Shown piece by piece: positions 24,701 to 36,700 of a DNA stretch of 64,000 bases. A program made the position numbers and the translations under genes. This DNA is from Podarcis melisellensis (Eukaryota): the NCBI GenBank assembly GCA_964234715.1, contig OZ174275.1; one strand, written 5' to 3'. The number at the start of each line of letters is the position of its first letter. Within the stretch, counting starts at the first letter, position 1. Under the pieces are notes generated by a model. The model made no database searches, was not told where the DNA came from, and saw only the letters and a list, made by a program, of their open reading frames with translations.

Positions 24701-27700
24701 AAACATGTAATCTCCACTCACGCAGAGCAAAGGAAACAACAACCTCCCTTTGGCTATGAGCCTTATGTTCCAATGTTCCATTGGAACACGTAATGATGGT
24801 GGTCAACAAAAGAGGTTTAAAGACTCTCTCAAGGCAAATCTAAAAAAATGTAGTATAAACACCAACAACTCAGAAACACTGGCCTGCGAGTGCTCTAATT
24901 GGAGAACAGCTTTTACCACAGGTGTCATGGGCATTGAAGACTCAGGAAGAAAGGGAGAAAGGTGCATAGCGGAAGGCGCGCTTGGTAAACCCTCACCATG
25001 ATCAACTCTCGCCCGGAAACCTATGTCCCCACTGTGGAAGGACGTGTGAATCCAGAATTGGCCTCCGCAGTCACTTACTGTTACTTACTGTTAAAACCAT
25101 GTTTATGGAAGACAATCTTACTTGGCTATGAGTGATCACCAAAGAAGAAGTAGTTCAAATGTTTTAGCCATAGGTTTCTACAGAACACATTGCCCAACAT
25201 GGAATATGAAGAAAACTATCCTTATCTGCCATAGTAAAGTTATGCAGGTCATCCCACAAGTGCTTATGACCAGTCTCAGTGAAGATTTTTCCTGTCTCAT
25301 TCCCATCTTTAAGAGCTTTTAACCTCAGGTGATAGAGATGACATATACGCTTCTGGTAGAAACATTCAGTACTACCAGTCTTTTATGGCACAGTCTACAG
25401 CAGAGATTGCAGGGGACTGTTCATGCCCTTTTAAAGTATCTGAGAGACTCATGCACTTGAACAGCAATGACATGAGGAACATCTCTCAGATCTCTTTGAA
25501 GATATTCTTACCATTTGAAATCCAGTTGATTTCCAGTTGGAAATTTTGGTCACCTGGGACCATGCCCTGATGTGCCTGTGGAATATACTATCTGCCAAAA
25601 AGAATAAAAAGAGCATGTCTGTGGAACTATCCTGCCCTTCAACCAAGGTGCTAGCAGGATGCGAAGATGGAAAGAGGGGCATAGAATTCAAGAAAGGATC
25701 GTTAGTGTTGTGTTTCAGCATATCCTAATGTTTTCTACTTTGTAGTCCCCTTCAAGAGGAAAGAGTGAAAGATGAAGATCAATGTCCCCCTCTCAGTCAT
25801 CGGTGACTACATTAATGATGTGTCTTGCCTCTGCATCAGAGTTCCAGAGGAGAATTTGGCTCTTTGCTGACTGCTCTCTTATCAGCTGAATGAGAAGGAA
25901 ATATTTTACTTAAGATCTTCAAAGGCTGAAATCCTGTAGTGGGGGCTTGCTTCTGAATAAACAAGCACAGGATTTCAAGCCAGGAGCTATTTCTTATAGC
26001 TAGAAAAAGTTTAGTTAAGAACAATTCTTCAGAAAACAGCAAAACGAAATTAACAATCTGAACATCTCTTTCTACATTCAGGATTTCAAAGAAAATTTCT
26101 CCATTCTAAAATAATGAAGTATAAACCCAGAACTCCCATATTGTTGGAAATGGTATCAGCCAGGGGGAGGGGATTTGGATTTTAGTGCAGACAGAATCCC
26201 TGTTAGGCACTGTAATAAGATAAATTTGTTGATGGGGTTGGGCTGATGTGTTTCCTACCAGTTCACTCTCTTCTTCCTCTGCATCTTTTTTGTTTTCGTC
26301 TTTCTGATCTTCAATGTTTGCATCAAAATCCTCCATCTCCACCTAGGACAAGGTACAATTTGAAAACTACACATTACCTGTTTGTTAGAGATGTTGCAGC
26401 ACTAACTTTGTACTTAAATAAGAGAGACTCAAAAACATTTTTTTTGAACCAAAGATATGTATATACTATACAAGTAAGATTTATCTTTTCTACAGAACTG
26501 TACTGTATTTATTTATTCTTCTATTTCTCATCTCAGAAATTGATGAGAAATTTGCAACTTGCCTTTCTGTTCCACACACCTTCTTTAATACTGATAACTT
26601 TGCATTACAATACTTCTCTTTCTCTCCACATATATGCAAATATGTTCCTTTTAAAACCCCCTCAAAATTCCTACGCTTTCTTACAGTGGCAGACAACTTA
26701 AAAAGTCTTGAGCAGATGACTTCCTTTAGACACTTGTTTTGCCTGTATTAAGTGTGAAAATGTGTATTTGTACCCATAGTATACTGTATAGGATCCTAAG
26801 TCACTGGCCCATGCAATTACAGTAATCTCCTTCAGAAAGCTAAAATATTTACTCAAGAGTGAAAGAGAGAAAGACTTTACTTTATGGAATGATATCAGTC
26901 AAACCACTATGTTTTGCTGTGTGTTTCCTCATGGGAGTCCTGTGTTGGCCTTGGGAGTGTACAATTCTTCCAGATGTCTACTACTTTTCAATTTAAGATT
27001 TCACTAAACAATGAATCTGTAGTCAAATCCTGTACCTGCTTTCTACTTTAATAACTACAGTGGTACCTCACTTACATACGCTTCAGGTTACAGATTCCGC
27101 TAACCCAGAAATAGTACCTTGGGTTAAGAACTTTGCTTCAGGATGAGAACAGAAATTGTGCTCCAACAGCGCGGCAGCAGCGGGAGGCCCCATTAGCTAA
27201 AGTGGTGCTTCAGGTTAAGAACGGACCTCTGGAATGAATTAAGTACTTAACCCGAGGTACCACTGTATTCATCTTTTCTACAGCCATGAATATCATATAC
27301 ATGGATAAGTTGGCTTCTTGGATATCTCACCTCTTCAATAGCAGCATCTTGTAGCAAAGAGCGAATGTCTAAACGTATCATATGACGGGGTGCTGTTTCC
27401 CAATGATCAGCCATCTGGAATTGGAAAATGAGAGTTGGAGCAGTTTCTACAATATTCAGTATAAAGAATGCTTGGGCTACTAGGACCAATGTGGTACCAT
27501 AAAACGTAGTACCTTCAACCTCCCCTACCCCCCCCACCAGGATGAGTAATTCTTGTAGCTCTGTGACTCCAAAACTTTATAAAGTTACCTTACTGATCTC
27601 CTTGAGCTTACGTCCATGGACATTTCTCTTGCAACAAGTTTGGTTGTCTGCAGTAATTTCAGCTAGGTAGACCTAGAAAGCATGGTGTTTGGGGGGGGAG

Positions 27701-30700
27701 AGAGAATGTGCTCAGAAACATCTGATTCATCCCCAACGTATTTTCCAAAGTAAGCTTGGTGAACTAAGGAGAAGGAGTGTGTGCAAATTTAAATGGAAAA
27801 GGCAAGGCTAAAAGAAAGCACAATCAGCGCCAAGGATCCATTTGGACTTTAATGTGGAAAACTACTGGCCTGTGTGCTCATGCCCCTCAGTCATTTCTTG
27901 GATTTTATTGCTCTTTTCTAGAGAGGCTTTCAAAGTAATTCACAACAAAACAACAAATGTATTATAAAAACAAAACACTGTAAAGGCAGTATTAAACTAC
28001 GTGGCAAACTCAAAACAATTCCCCAGTCAACTACAGCACCTGGATCAGGAACTTTTTATTGCCTTTCTTTAGGTGGAGACCAAAAAAAAAAAAAAAAAAA
28101 AAAAGGTACTCTGATGGCAGGGAATTCCACAACTGGCTGCCATTCTAAATTGCAAAAGGGGAAAGTGGGCTGTATTATTTTCTTTGGATTCCCGCAGGGC
28201 TTCCTACCTTCCACCTGCCATCATCCTGCTAGTTTTTTCTATCATGGCCTGGTTAGATATGCTTCCAAGTCAGGCCAGGATCTCTGCTTGGGCAAAAATC
28301 TAGTTTAGGCCTTGCCCTTATGTTTCACTAACCTTGCTCTCTGCCTCCAGCCTGCTTGTTGCCCCCCTTATCGACCGCTTCAGGGCATCTTAGACCCTTG
28401 AATGACACCTCAATTTCAACTGAGGCCATTAAGAGAGATTTAAGAGGCTACCTAACATGAAATCAGACAATTGGTCCATCTAGCTCAGAACTGTCTACTG
28501 GCAGAGGTTTGCCAGGGTGTCAGATAGGAATAATTCCCAGCCCTACCTGCTGATACCAGGGACTGAACCTGAAATTTTCTGGGCTCCAATCACACCCTTA
28601 ACATTCTTGGCAGTACTGTCCTTATATCCTACAGGTACCCATGGTTTGAGTTTGCCTTGGCTGCCAGTGGCCCAGTGTTAATGCTCAGGGTTCAAGGGCA
28701 TGGAAAACCTGTTTTAGAGCAGCTAACAATGACAGAGATTATCCAATAATGTTTACCTCAAAGCCTTTTGTTTTTGCAGCACTCCAAAACTGCTCAAAAT
28801 GGCGTACTCTGTCATTAATGGCATCAAGGATGATAAAGGGGAAAAACCCATCATCCAAAGTCTTTTTGAAAGTTTTGAATAAGCTGGCACGATAGATTTC
28901 TTCCATATCAGCTTCATATTCATACTCCAAAATCTGCTCCAGAAAAAGAGAAGGTTAGCTAAAAGAAGAACAAGCCTTCTTGCTAAAATCTGAAATTCAG
29001 TTACTGCTATCACATATGCTGGTAAATATATCACATATACTGGTAAATGCTACAGAATAAAATTGTACGGATGTCATCATACTGCAGTTCCCATGACTGC
29101 CAACAGATGGCCATGGGAACATTCAGGACTTCAAAGCACAACATGGTGCTGTCTGAAAGCCCTACGCAGTCCAGCATTCCTATCTGTGTCTCCTGTTGTC
29201 ATTGAACACTACTGCAGTGGTCCATAAGTAATGGAGAAGAAATATGTTGCAAAAGTTGGATCCAGACATGTGCTGGAGGAAGATGGCTTTTTGTGTTTTT
29301 TAAAAAACCAATTATTCCTCCCCCCCTACAGTCCCCCATGTCCTAAGAAAATATGTTCCAGAGGATTGGGAGGAAGGGCAAAGAGTTGAAAAATCACATT
29401 TCCCCTTCATCTATGGAGAATATCTGCTGGATCTTAGCGCCTTCCACAAACAGAAGGATCCTTTCTGTAGTCAGGTGGGACTCTATGGATCTAACACAAT
29501 GAGTTAATCAACAACTGAAATGGAGTACCTTCTTTTTAACTCTTTTCTTTGTATCAGGGTCTCTCTCTTCTTTCTCTATTTCAGTGATAAAATAGTCGTC
29601 CAGGCTGAGCACTCTGGGTGCAGCTCCTCCACATTCAACTTCCTTATCCTGGGAAGGAAACACACAATTAATAAATAGCCTGCATTTATGGTGCAAGTGC
29701 CTCAACTTAGAACATACAGCAGCCCCTCACTGTTAGTAAGAGGGAATTTTGTTCCCCCCTCTTCATTACAAGTCAATCCAGCCACTATATATTTTAGAGC
29801 TCTGAATGATTAAATAAAGGAAACTGTGCACTCAGACAGCTGGGACCAAAATGCAAGTGCGTTCCACTCTTCAGTGAAGACTGAAGATGCCAAAGAAAGC
29901 TGCTGGTTATTCACTCACCCTGATAAGCTTAGCAACATGAGTCTTTCCACTGCCTGGCAATCCTCTCATGATAATGACAATCTAAAACAAAGACAGCATA
30001 AATTAATTGTGTTATTATTTACATATTCATTGCATTTATACATCGCCTTTCTGCCAAGGCACCCAAGGTGGTTTACACTTCTTTACTGTAACAACTTCAC
30101 TGTTCTCTCCCTGGCAGCTGCTGAGAGAAACATTTTGCAACCACAGAATCAACCAGGCACCACATTTAGCAGCATGAGGAATGGTAATGGTAGACCAGTC
30201 AACTCCTTTTCTTGCTTGCTACTCAAACGTGGCAGCTCCTGTGTGGGGATTGCTTTCATCCTCACAGGGTAGCAAGCAAGGGGAGGGGAGATCTGGCTGT
30301 GCTTGGAGAGCAGAACTGCCTCCAAATTCTGTCAAACTTTGGAAGGCATGTGAATCTGTCAGGGGAGATTACACATTACATAAACATTAGCTGAAGTGCC
30401 TATTTCTCATGCATTTTGTTGCTTAATATTAGAAAGCCACATTCACACTACTCACCCTCTCTGGTCTACTCTCCCTTCCAGGTGGCTTCAGTATATCATC
30501 CACATTTTTAGATTCTGGTTTCCTCTCTACACGAGGAGCAGGTGGTGGTTGTCGGGGTAACGATGGAGCAGAAATGGGCATTCTTTCTTCAGGGTAATTT
30601 CTGCGGTCACCTAAATACGAAGTTCACACAAGAGAGAAAAAAAGAATTAACTAAAATTATGCACTGAATTACGAGACCATTAGTTCCTAAGAGACTTCCA

Positions 30701-33700
30701 CTACTGTTTCGAATATGCTTTGTGGGCAATTTACTCATTAGTCTGTACATTTCATTCATTTATTTTAAAGTGAAGTTTCTCAACTGGAACAAAAACAAAG
30801 AAGAACCCCAAAAGATGGCATAGTGCAATAAAAATGAATGAATAATATTTTCCCTTCAAGCTGCAGACTTTGATACTGACTTCTTCAGTGGTTTAGGAAA
30901 GTTAATTAACCTTTGTTTCAGGAGAAAAAATGTGCTCCTTTGATTTTAGCCACAAGGACAAACAACAGAAATGATTATGAGAAAATAAATCTCTCAGAAA
31001 TAGGATAAATTAAGGTGTGTTCTCATATGTACTGAATAACAGATATATTGCTTGAATTGGAACATTTATCTAAGAACATGCAAGGGTCTAATTAGGAAAG
31101 TAAAGGTAAAGGTAAAGGCACCCCTGCCCGTACGGGCCAGTCTTGACAGACTCTGGGGTTGTGCGCCCATCTCACTTAAGAGGCCAGGGGCCAGCGCTGT
31201 CCGGAGACACTTCCGGGTCACGTGGCCAGCGTGACAAAGCTGCATCTGGCGAGCCAGAGCCGCACACGGAAACGCCGTTTACCTTCCCACTGGTAAGCGG
31301 TCCCTATTTATCTACTTGCACCCGGAGGTGCTTTCGAACTGCTAGGTTGGCAGGCGCTGGGACCGAGCAGCGGGAGCGCACCCCGCAGCAGGGATTCGAA
31401 CCGCCGACCTTTCGATCAGCAAGTCCTAGGCGCTGAGGCTTTAACCCACAGCGCCACCTGCGTCCCGCATCTAATTAGGAAAGCAAATGCCAAAAAAACC
31501 ACATTGAAAGGAATAAGAATTTTCTATTACCATGTGTAGCACAATTTCCAAATACAACTTTGCATAATCCTTTTTTTTGGGGGGGGATAGATAAATAAAA
31601 TCAAGAAATGTTTAATGTGCAGCACCTGCTTTGTACATGTGATAACCACAATGGGTGATTCATGAATGAAGAAACCTAAGAATCTATCTGCATGAAAGTC
31701 TTACTACAGTGGTACCTCGGGTTAAGTACTTAATTCGTTCCGGAGATCCGTAATTAACCTGAAACTGTTCTTAACCTGAAGCACCACTTTAGCTAATGGG
31801 GCCTCCTGCTGCTGCTGCTGCGCCGTGCAATTTCTGTTCTCATCCTGAAGCAAAGTTCTTAACCTGAAGCACTATTTCTGGGTTAGTGGAGTCTGTAACC
31901 TGAAGCGTATGTAACCTGAGGTACCACTGTATAAGAATGAGATAGATTATTCATATCCTTGTATATAGGACAACGGCTGCAATTCTACATGCACGTAGCT
32001 ACAAGTAAGTCACAATGAACTCAGTGGGACTTACTTTTTAGTAAACATGCATAGGATTGCAATGTATATAATTATAATGGACTGTATCTAATGTTGGGTG
32101 AAAAGAGTTCTACTTGTGTAACAGGACTTTACCTTTCTCTCCTTTCATTGTGCACCCCCAAAATCTTCTCCAGAGGGTCCCCCAATCCCTATAGCAGAAT
32201 TTGAGGGTGCATGGGAAGATTGCAGGGGAGAAGAGGTGAGGGAAGTTCTGTTGCACAAGAGGAAGTTTACTGCATGAGCAAAGCAGTGTACTGGATGTAG
32301 CCCAGTATCTATTCAGCACATGCAAAGGCTTCGGATATTGAAAATACTGAGTCTCAAACTTCATAGTTATTGCAGGGAATGGGAACCTGTGGCCTTCTGA
32401 TGTTGTTGGACTCAAACTCCTATGATTCCACACTAGCCTGGCCAATAGTCAGAAGTTGGGTCTTACTGATATTAATAGTCAGACAGACCGAACACAGTTC
32501 TTTATTTATTATAGATGTAGCTATACTGCCCTTTAATCAAACTCCTGGGGTGCTTCACATAAAAAATTTCCATTACATTGGAATGCAAATATGATTATTC
32601 TTAAAACCCCTCTTTAAACCAAGGAGGGTCAAATATATAAATGAAACTTCAATCACTGATAATACTTTTATCGTTAATTATAAGGAACAACTAAGCAAGT
32701 TCATATTCCCAAATTCATTCTGAGACCTCAATATTCTAATATTTCTTCAAGGTTGAAGATTTATACCTCCAAACATCGGAGGCCCATGATCATAAGGTGG
32801 ACGATCAGGTTTTCTGTCATATGATTGTCTTTCAAATCCTCCCCGTCTTGAGTTTGAATGGTCTTTGTCCCGATAGGACTGAGCTCTTGAAGGAGATGGC
32901 CTGCTAAAGGAAGACAGCATATTGTAACACAAACTGCATGATTTCTTTGAATATTACACATTTAACAAAAATGTACACGAGATTCTCTGATAAACCAATT
33001 TCTGGCCAATCCTATACTTTGCTGCTGGATGCAATGACTATCCTTGATTAAGCCCACCCCAAGTAATATATCCCTGTATGAAACAGTTACAATCTTAGCC
33101 ATACACCTTTCAACCAAGAGGGGAAGAAAATTGTAAATGTCTGTCCTGCCATGGCACATGTTCACAAGGCTTCAGCCCACAAGCAGAACATGAGTACAAC
33201 AGTGCTCACTTCACTTGTGATTCCCAGCAACTGGTATGCATACTCCCTCTGAGTGTGGAAGTAAAACATGATACTCACATGTACAAAAATCAAAAAGGAG
33301 AAGTGACAGTTCAAAAACTCAGCACCGCAACCTGTATGAAGACACACTTCTGAATCCTACTTATTCCTCCTATATTACATACCTGTCATCTCGTTGATAG
33401 CGTTCTTTGTCAAATCTTTCCCGTTCGTGTTCTCCAGAAATACGGTCCCTGTATGGCTCTCTCTCTCGCCTGAAGTCTCTGTGATCAATATTGACATTAT
33501 TTTGCCGCTCAAAATAAGCATCTCTTTCCTTGAGATATCGATCCCGTTGGCCTGGGTGTTCTGGAAAATGAAGTCAAAATAATTTTAAGAGTTATTCTAC
33601 AGGATCACAGAATGAGGTAGAAGCATCAAGTAGCAGATTTCTTGGGCTGAACTACTTGACTACAGTAAGGGATTGCATGTTTGAATGCTCCTTCATTTTA

Positions 33701-36700
33701 AACACGCCATTCAAGACAAAACACAAACAACAAGGAGAAGGCTATTCTAAATCTCTCTTCCCCAACGTGCTAGTTTTCTATGTATAGGGAGCTTTTTATA
33801 TGAGGGGGCATTCCACCCTACCTTCAGTCTAGTACAGTCTTGAATTCTACCACCTCAGTCTACATCAGCCATCCTCTACCTGGTGCCCCAACAACCATGG
33901 CCAATAGGAATTATAGATGAAAACATCTGGAGCACATCAGGTTGGGAATGGGGATGGCTGTTGTTCTTCATAGTATCTAGAACAACTCTTTTGACTATTT
34001 ACAAGAATTCAAGACATGGTGAAAGCCATATTGCTTTAAAAAGGAGGTGGAATGCGTGTATGTTTTAACAAGGAACCTACCAAATATCAAACTGATGCCT
34101 GCCTTCTACTTAAAAGAGACATCTCAGAGACACCAAAGTACACCCACCTTTTGAAAAGGGCTGCCTCTCATGAGGAGCTTCTGGACGCAGAGTTATACGC
34201 TCCCCATAAGGAATTTGTCCACCTTTACTACTGGTTATATCTGTCAAATACAAATTAGCAATAATAAAATTAAGAGATATTGCCCCAGATACCATCTTTG
34301 AATAAATGCATTCAGACCATCACCAGCAGCTTGGAAATCTTGGAGGCTGGGGAAGAAGATTTACCATCCACTGCCCTCCCCAGCATTTCCCTTTGGCTTT
34401 TGTCAATCTCTGCAGGACGAAAAGATTATGGTAGTCAGCTGCAAGCCATATAGCCTGGTGAGGAGACCCCTCCCAATCTAAACTGCAGTTACTTAATGCC
34501 CTTGGAGTGCAGTAAGACTAGATCCAAAAACTGGAATTTTATTGTCAGTTAACTTTTGTTTTGTTCTGTTCTGTAATGTATTTAAGTCCAGCTTATTTCT
34601 TTTGCAGTACTGAATTTATTCTGTTTGCTGAATTGTTGGTTTTTGTCCTATTTGAATGTACCAATATGTTTTGAATACCACTTCTCTCCATCCTGCCCCA
34701 TTAATGTTTTGTATTCTGAAAATAAGTGGATGCCTCTTATAATTTGGTTTGGGTGGGCACAACTTGGTGTAGAAAGGCAACCAAAAATAAATTAAGCCAA
34801 ACTAAATCAGCCAACCAATAAGTTTCATTTCTTCAACAAAGACATTGGCTCGGGGGACAATAACAGGAAACAGCTGCTTTTTTATTTTAAAGAAGAGCTG
34901 TATAAATTGCTTAGTCATCAAACAGCATTTGCCACAATGTGGTACTGTGCATTACTTACAAAGCTTTAATTAAATTAAAAACAGGCATTCCCCAGCTAAA
35001 GCTCTCATGAGAAAAATACCACGGGGAAAAAAACTAGCAATGCTGTAATTTATTGATGGCTAATTGTTTTGTTTCCAAAAAACAAAATAACAGATGCCAA
35101 TAAGGAACCTTAAGTAGAAACACACACAAAAAAATCACAAAACTGGTTTTGATTAGTGGGTCCCCCACTTAATCAAATCTTGTCTGCAAGGAGGAACTGG
35201 GGTGTTTTGATATAGCAGCAACCTGGCACAACAGCATGTTTCAACATAACAAACGCTTTAAAAAAGCAGAACTGCCTCCCTCAATAATTCCAATGTCAAA
35301 CCAGTCCAGTATTCTGTTTCCACACTGTTCATATTTTTATAAACCTCCACCATGTTATCTTTTCTCTAAACATTTTAGCCTGAAATGTTTTAGCTGTTCC
35401 TTACACGGAAGATGTTATTAGGTTTTGTGAACCTTTCAGACACGCGATCAGTTTATGAATACCTAGGTAACAACCAATGTTACCAATATCTTCTCCTTTA
35501 CATCATATTCTTGCAGTAAAATGGCAAGTTCTGACTGAACAATGGCAGTTATAGAGGCTGCAAATTGGCAGTTTATTATTTATCTGCATAAGGCCCAAAG
35601 TATTATTTGTTATTTCTATTGATTAGCCATCTCATAACACAAATACTCTAGATCATATTCTGTATAGGAAGGAATAAAACAAGAGCCCTTTCTCATTCTA
35701 GTTCATAGACAGGCTAGACAATTTAAGGATCAGGGAATCAGACATAACATCAAATTTCTCTATTAAATTATCAATGTAAAGATGCCCCAAAGGGCCCATT
35801 TTTAATGCACAGAATGCAGACCAGCACACTCCTCTGATGAGAATGATATTGGCTATTTTTTTTTATGCTACAGACATAATCATTCTGTTAATTAGCATTA
35901 TTAAGATAAACAGTAATCACCTTGCCCATGGCCGTGTCCATGCCCGTAGTCAACAGTCTGATGAATAATTGGTGGCTTGGAAAGTTGTGCTATACCCGAC
36001 CCAAAGGAAGTTGCGACTGTTGATGAAGGTAATGAAAGATCTGATGCAGGTAAGTCATTCTCGGATTTTAACCCTTTATCTTCACTGCTATCCCAAAGTC
36101 CCTGGAAAGAATCCTCATCCCAACGTTCTTGGCTCATGGCAGGTGATGATTTGACCATAGCAGCTGGACCTTGAGAGGCTGCTGCAGTTGAAATGGGAAT
36201 TGGAGTACTTGGCTGTGTTGGTGGACCAGACATTTTTACCGATGGGAGGGGGCCCTTTGTCGCTGGGACAGATGGCTTTGCAAGTGCAGCGCCTGGCTTG
36301 GCTGTTGGGGCAGCTTTCCGAAACATGACGGGTGGCTTTACTATTACAGCTGGCGTAGGCTTAATAGATTGCTCCTCTATTGGTATCTCAGCGTGCATTT
36401 CAGAAGAGGCCTAAATAAAAGGATATTTTAAAATAAAAGGTACATGAAATTAATAGCCATTTAAAAAATGTTGTCAGATACTGTCATAGCAAATGTGTAC
36501 TTTGATACTTAAAACAGGCCTTTTGGGGTACAACATTGATAAAAGGGTACAAAGAAAAGGCTAATTCTTTTTTTTAAAAAGGTGGTTACATGGAATTTAC
36601 AATATTGAAACTTCTCATAAGGAATTTGTATACAACTTGTGTCTGTTGCTGCCTTATCAATCTCAGTTGCCCAATGCACCTTCTCATCTAAAGTTCTTTT

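Noticed and set aside
26259-27672. Three consecutive 84-nt phase-0 exons as an exon triplication
   Set aside because: No sequence similarity among them
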